A stretch of DNA of 64,000 nucleotides, from assembly GCA_020891255.1 (NCBI GenBank), contig BQFW01000003.1:682001-746000 (forward strand), read 5' to 3'. A program made the translations under genes and the position numbers. This document shows positions 1 to 13,500 of this stretch, in pieces. The notes under the pieces are model-generated. The model ran no database searches and was not told where the DNA came from. It saw nothing but the letters and a program-made list of their open reading frames with translations. The stretch is from Entomortierella parvispora E1425. Lineage: Eukaryota; Fungi; Mortierellomycota. The stretch's first letter is position 1, and every line of letters starts with the position of its first letter.

Positions 1-1315
1 ATCGTGGAGCATGAGAATCGGGTCCGGGAGTTGGAGGATCTTGCGAATGAGCAAGTGCAGGATGCTTTGGATCGGGTCGAGGGAGAATTCGAAAGGAATC
101 AACAAATAATGTTGAAGAGTCAAGAAGAAGAGAAGAAGAGGTTGCAAGTAGAACACGAGTTGATTCTAGGAGCGCTGGAAGACAAGTTGACAGAGGCAGA
201 AAACACCCTAAAGGCCACGATGGAGAATACCAGAAAGTCTAGAAAGGTGATTGCGGAGCAAATGGAGGAGCTGAAGAAAGAGACTGAGCAACAGTTGATC
301 TCTGTGAGAACGTCCATGACAACCTTGATTGTCGAACACGAAACTCGTGACAAGACCGAATCAAAGGTAAAGACCTTGCTTTGTTTTGATACAGGAGACG
401 TGCAGCGTCAGATGGCGACATTTAATCTAATGTTGCTTTTTTTCTTCTTTATTATCTTCTCAGGAGCAAGAGACGAGCCGTGTAGAGGCAGTTGATAGAC
501 AAAAGCTAGTCTATCAAAGAGCCCACGCAGCTGCATTGATCAAAGCAGAGGAAGACGCGCGGGTGCGCCGAGAGAAACTGGCCCAGGAGATCCAGGCTCT
601 CAAGAATTCAGTCAAGACGGCCCATTCTGAACGTGACAAGGCTCGTGCGGTCATCAAGGCCAAAGAAGCACGTTGGCATGAGGTAATCATCTGAATCCAT
701 AGTCTGTTACTGTTCTCACCATTTGTGTCGCCCTTGCTAAATAGTCGATCCTCTTTCCTCCTGTTCATCTGGTAGGGTCACTCTGCGGCCTGCAAGGGTA
801 TGGATGAAAATCACGAGTCTATTCTCAAGGATGTCCAGCAAACTGCCCAGCGTCGATTGTCAGAGATGACCCGAGAACACAGCCGAATGGCCGAGTTGTA
901 TGCAGACAAGATCTCGAGCGTGATGGGCGCTCACCAGATGGAACTTCAATCTGTCCATACGAAATTGTCCGCGCAATTGAAATCAAAAGAACAATTTAAT
1001 CAACAAGAGATTCGGACCCTGGAGAGTCGATTGGCGGCCGCCATCGCTCGAGCATCCTCGTCCCCTCCCTTCGTTTCAGTGAACAAGGACTCCAACAGCA
1101 GCAACAGGGAGCAGCTTGAGAAGCTGACTACCAGTTTAAATAGATTGCAGGTAAGTTGGCCTCTAGTCCAAGATGTACTTTGTCCAGCGTTCTCAAAGTT
1201 TCAAAGATAACTGACCAGCATTCCGCCAAACTTGTAGAAACAAAACCAAACTCTCAAGAACGAGAACGAGCAGATCGTCATCATGATGAACAAGCTTCAA
1301 GAGGCTCGTGCTTAG
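1..1315 (+). CDS. Coiled-coil protein, 5'-truncated (exons <1-366, 464-682, 776-1150, 1238-1315)
   Basis: Heptad-rich E/K/Q/L ORF segments joined in frame by GT..AG introns (367-463, 683-775, 1151-1237). Ends KQNQTLKNENEQIVIMMNKLQEARA* with TAG at 1313-1315. No recognisable domain. Confidence 0.8.
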
Positions 1316-1439
1316 AGCATCGAAATGAATAAAAAACTGATCATTTCCTGTTACCAAATTTTATTACAAAGCTCCATGCCATTTGCATGCATGCTCAAGG
1401 CAATTGTGTTCTGAAAAGAGGCCAAATGTTGAAAAGCGG

Positions 1440-4293
1440 TTAGGCCGACGTATCCATATCGGTCTCCTGGGCAGTTTTAAAAGGGATAGAAAGAGATGAT
1501 GTTAGTGCAACGATTCTCTTTTTTTTTTTTTTTTTTTTTTTTTGTTCAAATGATCTGCTATCAAGAGGACAATTTGTCCTCGTGCACATACCTGAATATA
1601 TGCCAAAGCAGTTGGCGCGTCCTCAACCTTCAACCGATATCTTCCATTGCTGAAGTGTGCTGCGTCTGTAAAGATCCTGGTCATGATTTCCCGGACTTCG
1701 GCCTAGAGATGAAGAAAAAAAAAAAAAAAAGGGGGGGGGAATGAGTTTTCTCCTTGTCAAGTAGACATACGGCCAGAGAGCATACGAGGCCTCCTTATCA
1801 AAGGTCTCTTCGGGCTTCTTACATTTTGCTTCCTCGAGATCCTGTCAACAGGGCGGTTTGCGTAAATTGTCTCTAACCAACGTCCAAGATGAAGGAATCC
1901 GTTTCCAATCGCTCCTGCCTTTCCAGATGACGCCACCAATCTGAATGACTCTGATAGGAACAAAATGACTTGTTCGTAAACCGAGCTGTCAATCTCGGCC
2001 GCTGGCAACAAAAGGTCATTCATAATCACTTGCTGCCACTTGGCAGATGTCAAAAAGCGCGTGATCTGAAGCTGCCTCATCAAAAGACCCAGGAATGAGT
2101 GGAAAAAGCTCTGGTAGGTGACGTGCAAGGAATCCAGGACTGAGTTGGCGGGGTTCTCATAGTCATAAGGAGAGTTCTTGGCCAAACTCTGGTAGATGCA
2201 CGGCAAAGTCCTTGCTAGTGAATGAATGTCGGTATGTTCCAGCTTGTCGAGGATATAATGGCAGAGTAACTAGACGTGCGCAAAGCAATCAAACGAGGTT
2301 AGATATTCCGCTGACCCCTGACCGCTGACCAAAAATTATCTTGAAATGCACAGGTATTGTTTTACCTTGCGGGCAACCTCACTATCATCCAACGACTCGA
2401 TCATGCCGTCGGCAGAGGCAACAGAGTCCAGCTCTGCACTGTCATCTGCTTTTTGAAGTTGATTAAGCGCGTCATCCAGGATACAGTTCGACAGCACTCC
2501 CAAGAATTTTTCCGTGACAACCGCGTCCACTTTGGGGATCCTAAACTTTTGTGTCTGAAGGATTTTTCTCGCATGCGCACCCAGGTTCAACATCGTAGCC
2601 GTCCAGATCAAGGTAGAGTCAGTCTATTCATAGGTTGATAAGTCGGTCAGAAATCGCTCATACCAAAACAACGCTCAGAATTCCTTTCATGGCTCGGTCA
2701 ATATACCTGGGCGGCCCTTCCGCTATTAGTAACCTCGTTTGTAAGTTCCAAAAGTCGGGAGGCAATCATGTTGGATGTGAAAGGATCGTTCAGAATCATG
2801 GCGATATCACTAGATGAAAAGCAGAAAATGTCAGGTCCAGTAATAAATTTATCACTGTAAATTCATCATTGTTCTTACCCATAGACTGGATCGTCTCTAT
2901 CAATCTTGTCAAAGAACTTTCGAATATTTTCTACACGGCGTTCATCCATTGACAGCGTTCTGTTACAGGCATCCAAATTCCAAACAAGCTCATGACATGG
3001 ATCAGCTTTTGTAATCTAGGTATCGAAAATAGAAGATTCTAAATTAGCTACGAGTTTTCTGCTATTATCCAATCCTCTCAACAGATACTTACAGCGCCAA
3101 GGTTCGCCTCGTGCATGGACATCAAAAGGTCGAATCGCAGTGTGCAGTAGACAGTATCGTTGGTTGAGAGAAAAAGGGAGCGAAGATATGTGCCGATATG
3201 ATTGTACAACTTCAAGTTGCCACCAACAAAGTCCATAAGCTTCTTGATGCTCTGATGACTACGCCTAAACATCATGATGGGAAAAAACGGTCCGTCAGCA
3301 ACGTCCAGGCGATCGCGCATTTTTCCTGACTCCGAGGGTATTTTACATACCTCTGTGAGATAACCTTGGTAGGCTGATCTATACTCATCTCCTTGGCCAT
3401 TCTGATCACATCTGGATCGTTCTTGTACTCCATTACAATAGGAATAACGTCCTCTTTGAATTTGTTTGAGTTGGAAAGCCAGATCCTGCGTTGAACTTCC
3501 TTAGGTGCAATCTAGAAGGATTGTATTATACAATAGGGTCAGTTTTTTTTGGCGAGGAATCCCCTGTATAGCCAGCTCTCATCTATAAGTGGGGTCGCTC
3601 CCTACTTTGAACAGGTCCTGATCAGCACCAATTTTGTCGATAATATCCTTCGACATCCTGTCAGGGTGGCGTCCGAGAAGGGTCAAAGGAAGCTCCCTGA
3701 GCCCTTTGACATCAATGTATGGCAACATAGCCTCCAGGGTGGAGTCGAACCTAGATCGAGGGATCCAAACAAGAATAAATACCCGATACGCCTTTTGTCT
3801 CGTTAAACGTCTCCTGGATTCCGGGAATGGGAGTCTTTACCTTTTGTCGTCCATTGCAGCCGTCTCCAACTTCTGCAAGAGCTTCGCCTTGAGTGCCTCC
3901 ATGCATGCAGAGTGGACCGAGTATCTGGACTTGCCGTGGTGATCCAAGAGTGGGTAAATCGATTCGACATCCTGGAGTAATAACGAAAATCACAAGCAAA
4001 GCGCGCCACACAGTGTCATACGAAAATCTCAACGAGGTTGATCCAAGCGGGATCAAAAATACAGAAAGCGTAACCCACAATGAACAACAAGGACAAAAAA
4101 AACACGAAAAAGGATGCATGCATTCATAAAAATAAAAAAAAATAAAAAAGCAAGAACTGGCATGCGTGTTGGAACTGTTATCACTTAGACGCTTGTTCTC
4201 CTGGATCTGACGAATGGCGGTAATGGGGTTCTGTTTGACGAGCATATCCCGAATCTTGTCGCTCGAGCGAGCTCCCAAGAGTTGCTGGTCCAT
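1440..4293 (-). CDS. NELFB: Negative elongation factor B (COBRA1) homologue, ~11 exons
   Basis: Spliced segments match the metazoan NELF-B order: PITAIRQIQEN, DVESIYPLLDHHG, EVQRRIWLSN, KLYNHIGTYLRSLFLSTNDTVYCTLRFDLLMSMHE, DPCHELVWNLDAC, DIAMILNDPF, LNLGAHARKILQTQKFRIPK. ATG at 4293. The last short exon (ETDMDTSA*, stop 1440-1442) is less certain. Confidence 0.88.
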
Positions 4294-5110
4294 GACGAAG
4301 GGAGTGGAATGAGGCCAAGGGAGTAAGATTGGGAGGAGTGAGGAGCAGAATGAACAATGAATGCAGAAATGTGGTGGCAACTGGCGAAACACTGAGTGCA
4401 CGTGATCTCCACAATAGGGGTAATCAATCTGTGCCGTGCCACAGTACTGCATGGCACAGAAGCCCCTTCCATTCAATTCTCGAAAAAGGATCCTCGCCCG
4501 GCATCCACCCACCCACCGTCCTTTTGCGCGTGTCTCAACCCGGTGTCTCGCTGACTTCATTTCCTCCCTGCTTTTTTTGCACTCCTCCTGACTTCCCTCT
4601 CGACTGTTTGTCCTCTTTGTCCTCTTTGTCAGCTTTGTGTCCCCTCCTTCCCTCCAATCTGAATCTCGTTCCTCCGCCATTCAAATCTCATCCTCTTCAC
4701 CCGCATCCCTTTTTATTTAGTTTCGCCATTCTACCACCGGTCCATCGACTTTTCTTCTTCTGTCGGTGCGACTCTCATTCCTCCCTTCTCCTTTTCTCCC
4801 CCTTTTGCCATTTCAAAAGGACAACAACCAGACCAGTAATCTCGTCACCTCTTCGTCCCCCCGACCCCAAAACCAGACCACGGACGGAGAACGGCCCCAG
4901 CAACACTTTGCTCCTTGTCCTGTCTGTGCCCCTCACGCTCCTCGCTCCTCCAGACGATCTTATTTCAATCCGGGCGTGATCGTCTTTACATGAGCCTGGA
5001 TTTCTCCAACGTCCACCACCACCATTCGCCCGTGCGTGCAGGAACAACGACCCCTCTTTCTCCACAGCTGTCAACTCGTCTCCTCACTTTGAGTTCTCTT
5101 TGTATTCACA

Positions 5111-8100
5111 ATGTGGAATCCGCCTCCGCCAGATATCCTCTATAACACGAAGCGGAAAGTCGCTGGGAACAAACACCCGGGCAGTCCTCACAACGAAGGC
5201 TATGCATCACCCAGAGTCAGCACGGAGCAGCAACAAAGGCAGCTCGTAGAGACGCTTCGTACCTCAAGCGAACATGACGGACCATTCTCCCCCACCACAG
5301 AAACAAGTAGCCGTGCTAACAATAACTATCTCAACAACGGGAGTATGCAGGACCTGCATAGTGGTGCAGGATCGCCCCCTCAACAAGCAGAGCCCTCACA
5401 GCCTGCCCTCTTCCCTTCCATCCACAGAGAGAATCTCTCCTCAGCAGTACCCCATCCTCGCCTCGGAAAAGTAGGCCCATACCTAGCCGTTGCAACCCTG
5501 CAGGCCTACACAATCTTGACAGTAGTCCGTTGTTTAGCAGACCCGGTGTGGATTGTGGTCCGAACGGGAAATGACACGCTGCCGCATGCTCCTAAAGAGG
5601 TACAACAGCTCGCCGAAATTGGTCATTTGGAAAAGTCGTTCCTGGCCTGTGCTATTGCCTTCACGATGCTGAGCTGTGTGGGAGTCACCCTCCGTATCCT
5701 TGACAAGTTTCCGTGGCTCAGGCGCATCCCTGTCATCACGGCGTATCTTGAAGGTAAAGCTTTTTTTCTTGCGTGTTGACCTGTTGTGTGCCTTGGCCAT
5801 CTGCTGGATTAAATTCATGGTGCCACCAAAATCAGCCCGCCTTCCTTTCGTGGCAAACAATTTGCCAGCTCGAACCAACTCAATGTCACTCACAATGTGC
5901 CTTCGTCTCCCGTCCATACACCGTCCATACAAATAGCCGTCTTTTGTGCGGCTGCATTGGCGTCCTTTCTCAGGACGCACTCCCTCCCTCCTGGTGGACA
6001 GTTCTCACACGGATTCCTGACCTGTGTCATCACCGTCGCCTTCTCGTCCATCGTCGCCATCATGTTGACAGTGGATTGGTGGCGGGGCTTTCCGTCAGCG
6101 GGGTTATCTGCTACACTGAAAGCCCTTATTATTTCATCCTTTGTCATGACAATCGTCATCATCATCGGTGCCGCCATTTACTCCGCGCTAGAACCGTGGT
6201 CTTTTGATCAAGCCGTCAACTTTTGTATTGTGTCTTTCGCAACAATAGGTAAGATTCAAGATTCACTTGTTCCTTGGACTGTCTTCTTGATTAAACCTGT
6301 GTGAATGGTGTCCTTACATGAGCAATATTTGGTAAATATAGGATATGGCGATCTAAGTCCGAAATCAACAGCCGGGCGTATCATTTTTTTCTTTTATGGA
6401 CTGTTGGGAATCAGCTCTTTGGGATTCTTTGTTGTGTCACTCCGCAATGCTGTCATTGAGCAGTTCCAGTGGCGACTAGTCGACCGCTTTTCCAAGCCGG
6501 CACATTTGACAAGAGTCCAAACGCGCATGTCTGCCAAAGATATTCCGTTCCCAGTTGCGCGTCTAGAGGAAGAGCAGCAGGTCAAGATCTATGTCAAACG
6601 GAAAATGATTGTTCGCATGGTGTTTATCTGGATCTTCATGTGGTTTGGCGGAGCTGGAGTCTTTTGCGCCTTGGAAAACTGGACTTATCTCGAAGCTCTT
6701 TATTTCTGTGTAAGCCTCCCTCCTTTGTTCTTTGGCGCCGACGGACGGCCCAACTTCATGAACGACAGGCTGAAGGAAGCAAGATGTTAACCTGTAGCGC
6801 TCTAACCATACAACAAATAGTTTGTCACCCTGACCACCATCGGATTTGGCGACTATGTCCCGAACGAACCAGGGTCGATTGAGTTCTGGAACATTTACGT
6901 GTTTGTGGGACTTTCGGTATTTGCCTACATTCTCTCGCTTTCCTCCGAGTCTATGGCTTCACAAATCCACCTAGTTGACGATCAGGATGAGGATGATGAC
7001 GCAGACATGTACGGCTGGGAGCGAAATGAGGACCCCAATGCCCCGTTGACGACTCGAAGCGGAATTCTAGGACTGGAAGGCCTAAAATGGCTTCAACAGC
7101 AACAACAGTTACAGCAACAGGGCATTGACCCACAAACATTGGAAGATCAAGAAAGGAAACCTATGGAGCATCAGAACTCGATCCCTTCATTTTATGGAAC
7201 TGGCAGCATGGATGGTCTTTCTCAGTCGTCTATTCAGAACAATAAGCCTAAGCGCAAGAGCTCTTCAGGACGTGTTCTCATGGTCACTGCGAAGGAACGG
7301 AAGCAGATGTTGCAGGCCGAGTACTATGCGGCGCACTCTATGCCGACGACCATTCGATTTGTGGACACTCATGGAGTTCCTCATCAAAAGACCATTAAGC
7401 GAGGGCTGAGTCGAAACGACTCCTTGGCGGAGCCCGGCAATGACAGTCAAACGGGAGACTCAATCACGTACGGCACTGTTGGATACTATGGTACAGCTGT
7501 TCGACGAGATCCTAGTGGCTTGAGACATAGTGGAAGTATCCTGAGGAGTACACCAACTTTCAGAGGCGTTGGCGTTGCGAACCATGGTACTATGTACGGG
7601 GCAGGAAGTTCTCAGCTTTTGAATGCTGTACAAACACAGCAGTTGCAGCATCAGCCCTTGATCAAGTTTGATTCTCCAAAAGGTGGTGTGAGGAATGGAG
7701 AGTCTCTGGATCGCGGAAGGACAATGGGAGAAATGAGTCCACAACAGGAAGAGGCAAGGCTACAGGGCTATATACCATCCTGCATGGAAGTCTTTCAACA
7801 AGGCCAGGGTAGTGGCACAGGACTATCTAATCAACAACAACAACAACAGCAACAACAACAGCTGCAGCAAGGCAGAACATCTGATTTCCTGTCGACACCT
7901 ATCACTCGAGTGAGGTCTAATAGCTGGGATGTAAATTCTAGTCAGCGGACGCCAGGACCTTCAGAGAATGATATCCATCGATGGCTTGCCGAAGGCGCAG
8001 GAACATTGGCGGGACCTAATTTTGATTACCCTGCCAGCCAGTTACCAGGAGGAGAAGCATCCATTGCCAGTTCCAGATCTGATCGCCTCAGACAGAGTCA

Positions 8101-9196
8101 AAGCAGCGAAGTGACTAGGGTAGTCAGTCCCCCCATCCAATCAACAGCGCCCATGAAAGACATCAGCGCCTCGCCCGGAATCAACCTTGCAAGCGAAGAG
8201 CGCGTGGCTCCAGATGAGATTAGGATCCCCATCACTCTGGAGCCGGCCGAGATGACTGAGGAAGAGGAGCAGAAATTTGAGGGAGGCTCTGGACAAGAAA
8301 CAGTTCGTGGAATGGCCACGCGTCTCCGGGAGCCAACTATGCCCTCAACAACGGACGCAGAGCAGACTCATCAACCAATGCCGGAGTTTCCTCAAGGAAA
8401 CAATTTGTTCCTTGGAGGAGGCGTCGGCGCTGGATATGGACCCTTTGCCGCCGGTGTGCCAATGCCAGACTCACGAACAGGGTCTGAATATGGATATTCC
8501 CCAGCAGGATCCAGAATGGGGTCTAGGGCAGGCTCTACAACTCAGCTTCAGGGCCTTTTCCTCGCACCCTCAACACACCAAGCACTCTTTGATGAGGACA
8601 TGGACCACCAAACAACGCTCCACGCATCCTCAGCGTCCAGACCGGGATCACTCTTCTCTAATCACCCACAGGGTTCAAGACTTCCTTCGCCAGCGGGCTC
8701 TGCTCAATCGTCTAGAGCACCCTCAGTGCTGATGACCATATTTGATGAACCTGTGCATCATCTCCCTGGATCGAGGGCAGTCTCGAGAACCAACTCTGTA
8801 GCAGGAGGCTCCTCATCACGGCCCATCTCTAGAGCAAACTCCTTCTCGCGCAATGGGCAAGGTCTTGGTCAGGTGCAACAACAAAACATGACCCCTCCAT
8901 CCCTTTCGGATGTCAATTATCAAGTACCATTGCATCAGGCGCGGTCTCCCCTGTCAGGATCTCCGCCCATCCGGTCGCTAACCATCTCGGAAATCAGCGT
9001 AGGGCCTTTTGGAGAACCCCGTGATCCAGAATCAATACACCGTTTCGGAGATGAGGTCGATTTGAACCATGCAGAGATTAATCCCCAGCAGGTGGAAGAA
9101 GAACGGAGGTGGCGCGAAGAGATGGGGAGACGAAGACGAGAATTGGAGGCGCGGATGATGACCGATCAGCAGGGTCGTGAAGGAGGATCGTCGTAA
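5111..9196 (+). CDS. TOK1: TOK-family outward-rectifier two-pore K+ channel, 8 TM, ~1232 aa (exons 5111-5753, 5937-6248, 6342-6709, 6821-9196)
   Basis: Two pore loops, SFATIGYGD (split by an intron) and YFCFVTLTTIGFGDYVP. Four hydrophobic helices precede the first pore domain. Long disordered polyQ C-tail. Start codon is not certain. Confidence 0.9.
7829..7868 (+). repeat. CAA/CAG microsatellite encoding polyQ in the TOK tail
   Basis: caacaacaacaacaacagcaacaacaacagctgcagcaa (QQQQQQQQQQLQQ). Confidence 0.85.
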
Positions 9197-10580
9197 AGAA
9201 GGAAGAAAAAAACCGTTCAATCATCCTATACCAGCTCCAGCACATTCACCATTCATAATACACATATCAAAACATAATTTACACACACCATTGTCAACAG
9301 TTGTTTCTACAACGGCATTCCTAGACTGGGTACTCCTTCAGAGGCTCTGTGTATTCTTTGTGTGGAGCGAGGGCATGGCCACCACATCGGAAACATGAGT
9401 TTCTATTCAATTGAAAAGAAGATGTTAGGAAATAAATCTCGAAAACAGCGAAAAAAGCAAGACGAAATAACCAGCAGCAAAAAGAGCAGCCTTTTAAGAG
9501 TCGCCGCTGTCGTCTGCTTACATCAGATTTGAGGACATCGGAAGAGTCCTTGACATATGATGTCGTGGCCAAGTTTCTTGACAGCGTACACTAGACCCTG
9601 GAGTGGCCTGTCTGCCACCACCCTCTTTTGGCCATCGCCAGCAGGCCTCCTTATTCCTTCGCGCGAAAAGAGCGTCGCGTTGTTGACGCGCGTTGTCATC
9701 GCCCCTGACGATGGCCTGCCTGTTGCACCTGCTTCGAACTGCCAAGGAACTGGCCCGTCACCGAAGACAATGATCAATGGCTCTATTACTTGTGGCTCCC
9801 TTCGGTGAATCTGTGAACGGTGCGGCTCGTGGTTTTCTACATTTTGTGTAACTGGTGGGAGGGCGCCATCTGACCATCCACATCCTCTTCATCTTCCCAT
9901 TCGTTTGTTTTCTTACATTGACCTCCATTCTCCCCATTCCTTCCTCTCCCTCGATCTTGATTCTTTTGCTTCCAACTTTCAATCCTGGATCTGTCTTGCA
10001 GCTGACCATTGGTATGACGATGAATATAGAAAGAAGTAACAACTTGCACAAAAACCGTATTTAAGGAGACCAATGCATTTTTTGACTTATACAACTACCA
10101 GCCCTTGCTCGTCTAGAGCAGGCGACTTGGAGTAGACAGTGATATGTCCTCGCTGCTTTCCGGACTCCTACCTTCTGATCCCTAACTATCCTCCCGCTTT
10201 TCCTAAAAGTTACAGGCAAAGGTAGCGGTCTTTCAGTTGACGGCACTCTCGCAATTGACCACTCCAGGGAAAACTTTGCCATACCCCCGGCCCATATCTT
10301 TGCATGCAGGCGCTGGTAAAGATTTTTTTTTCTCATAAACAAACTGAAAAAATGCTTTCTGGCACAAGCGCTAATGAAGAATGAGCGGGAATGGTCTGTC
10401 CGTATCCTTTCCCAATAGCCAGCTGCTTTTCTGATCCAGGCCAACAGTTTTGAATTCAAAAAGTCATCAATTGCCATCCAATGTGAGTAGAGGAGGATCT
10501 TGCTTAAGAGATGTAAGTTGCTTCGAGACTTCTAATAGCCTGCACTCTTTTCTCTATATTCCCTGTCAAGACCCCAGGCA

Positions 10581-13500
10581 ATGACAAAGTCACCTCCTCC
10601 GTCAAAGCCGCCGCTTTCAACAAAGTCCCATACAAATGGCATCAGCTCATTTGGACAGAAAAAAAGTATAGCTGCAGCCCTTCTCAGCATCGGCTATGTG
10701 TCAGTCTCAATAGCTGCTCCACTGGCTAGCAAGAGCTCAAAGGCAAGACTTTCGTCAAAAGTCCTCACCACTCCCAGCAATTCGACCTCTACAGCAATAC
10801 AAACAGGACTCAAAACTCACCCTTCTTCAGATAATGAATCGTCTGATTCTCGTAAGGCGACCCACACTTTGAGTTCCTTAGTGATGGATGTAGCATCGGA
10901 CATCTTTTCCGCGAATGCCTCCAGGATCAAGCAAGATATCCATCCACCAAAGGTTGGGGAAGACATCAAAACAACTGCACAGCTAGCTACTTGCGCCGAA
11001 CTTCTTCCAAAGATCCCCCCAAAAGCGTCAAAAGATCTAGCGTTGAGTAGCAAGGATATATGTACGGACGGTCTTAGCCCTTCTCAAATCACATGGATAA
11101 AGGAGATGAAGGACCATCCCCTTGAGAAAATTTACATCCTGCAGCTGTTGAGCAGGATGGTCGATAGATTTATCAACCTTCCAATCAAAACCTCTGATGA
11201 CATTTGCGAAGTCATCCTCCTTGGACCTGTCCTAGACAAGCAGCACTACCAGGCCTTGATCAATGAGTTTCTCCACCAACTACAGAGCAAGATTATTCTC
11301 AACCCTGACCTCCTTCAAGGACTTGTTAGTTTGATCGAGTGCGCTCCCCCATTCCATCTCCGAGTAGACGATCTTATGATGATTCTTCGAGTCATCCGAC
11401 AACATCTAGCGGACTCCACTCAAAAGGACACATTATACACCATCCATTTGACCGCCGCCATCTCGAGAGTACTAGTAATCATGGTAGATTGTGGAGTGAA
11501 AGACCTCAACCGCGAGCAGGAACACGAACCGTTGCTCGAGACTCTGTCCAAATTTAGAAAGCACACGGATCCATTGGTACGATACCATGTTGAGTACGCG
11601 TGCAGAGCCTTGCAGCTAATCCCTGACGACGAAACTGTGAGACAGGGCTTTACTCGCAACGCCATTGGATTCGCAGGTGGGCTGATGACAGTAGCTGGGG
11701 TTATTCAACTGGACTTTGGCGGTATACCCGAGGGCCTTCCTGTCTTGATCAAAAGTGGACAAGGACTTGTGGAGAATCTGAAGAAATATTTTGGATATGT
11801 GGACAAAAATCCATGGTTCCAGGCAGTTCGTGAGGCGGAGGCTATGGCGCGCGAGGGCCTGTTCGTCGATTTCAACCGTTTGGTCTGCGAGGTCAATTGC
11901 CGCCAGGATCCGTTTTTCCAATGGGGCATCTGCTTGATTCTCGGCGAAGTGGCTATTGATCAGTCATGGGATGCTACAGTCCATGAACAGGCCGTCAAAC
12001 TCCTTGGCGAAATGTTCAGGGCCATTACAGGATCAGATCAACACCAAGATGTCCGAAGTTGGATTCTGACGCTCCTTCATGACATCTCTGAACCACGAAA
12101 AACTGATCCGTCCACTTCTACCGACAATGACGAGATCAGGAAGCAGGCTTTCGACATGGCGCTAAAGTTCAAAGGCGCTGTGAATGAGAAAGCTTCCCCG
12201 CTTGAGCATTCGCATCATGCGATGACATTCCGTCGTTTACCAGCACTGTCAAAGTTGTTGAAGCAGATTGACCACAAACCTGATATCGAACTTGCCCTTG
12301 ATCGCCTTCGACGCTACCGGCAGGAACTTTACGATCGACATGCTGTTTACGTCGCGCCAATGTCAAAACTCAGCTTGGACGTCTCGGACGAGGACTCGGA
12401 GTTTTTAAAAGAACGCGTTTTCCAATTTTTAGAAGGTAGCGGACTGGTCATGCTCATTTTGGGTGACTCTGGCGCTGGCAAGTCTACTTTCAACGCTAGA
12501 CTAGAGCAGGATCTGTGGGTCTCTTACAAAGCTGGCGGCCGGATTCCACTCCTCATAGACCTGAAGGCCATCCGAGATCTGAATCAAAATTTGATCCTAC
12601 AGCATCTCGACAGCACGAAGATGTTTGCACCATCTCACCTGAGTGATTTGCGGCGTCGAGAGTTCATTTTGATTTGTGATGGATACGACGAGAGCCAGTG
12701 CCGATCCAACCTTCATACCAACAGTCAATTCAACAGGACGAATCAATGGAAGGCCAAAATGGTGATCTCATGTCGAACCCAATACCTCACACGAGGATAT
12801 CAAACCTCTTTCGCACCTCAGCAGGATGCCGTTGCTCATCTTGACCTGCCTTCAAACGAACTTTTCATGGAGGCCGTCATTGTTCCTTTCAAGCTTGATC
12901 AAATTAAGGACTACGTCGAACAGTATACAGCCAGTAGAGAACCAGGCGACAACGAACCAAGACGGACCACTGAGCAGTATCTGGAGCAAATGGAAACAGT
13001 CAATGACTTGATGGACCTAGTCAAGAATCCATTCATGCTGAAAACGGCCTTGGAAATTCTTCCAAGTGTGGCCTCAACGACTTCTCAAATCACGCGCGTT
13101 GAGCTTTACGACTCTTTTGTGAATTTTTATTTCAGAAACGAATTGGATCGGCTGAAAGAGCAGTTGTCCAGAGGCAAGATGGGGGCAGCTCGCCTTGCAG
13201 CCTTCCAAGAGATGGAACCGCTCAATTTTACCGACCTTTGCATCGATTTCTCGAAACGTCTCGCTGCTGCGATCGTCGGGCAAGGGGAAGAGATCTACTC
13301 TGTAGAGTATGGGAGTCTCGCGGACAGCACATCATGGAAGTCGCGATATTTTGGTTCTGAGCCCAAGACACTCATGCTGATGGAAGCAAGTCAACTGGTT
13401 CGTAGAACCAGAGCATTAACTTCCCAGGTGCAAATCAGGGGCAGGAGGCGTCCAGCCGAGAGCGGGGAGACGTTTAAATTCAGTCATTTGTCTATTCTAG

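Noticed and set aside
1517-1543. Long homopolymer runs (also ~15649-15674 and 36734-36752)
   Set aside because: Common intronic/intergenic poly(A/T) tracts, not informative.
3751-4979. 309-aa (-) and 216-aa (+) ORFs in the NELF-B/TOK promoter
   Set aside because: They run through purine/pyrimidine low-complexity promoter and intron sequence. Only the MDQQ...ENK part is the real NELF-B exon 1.
9200-10580. Possible mobile-element borders around the NLR gene (also 15252-16560)
   Set aside because: No TIRs, LTRs, TSDs or transposase/RT fragments recognised by eye.
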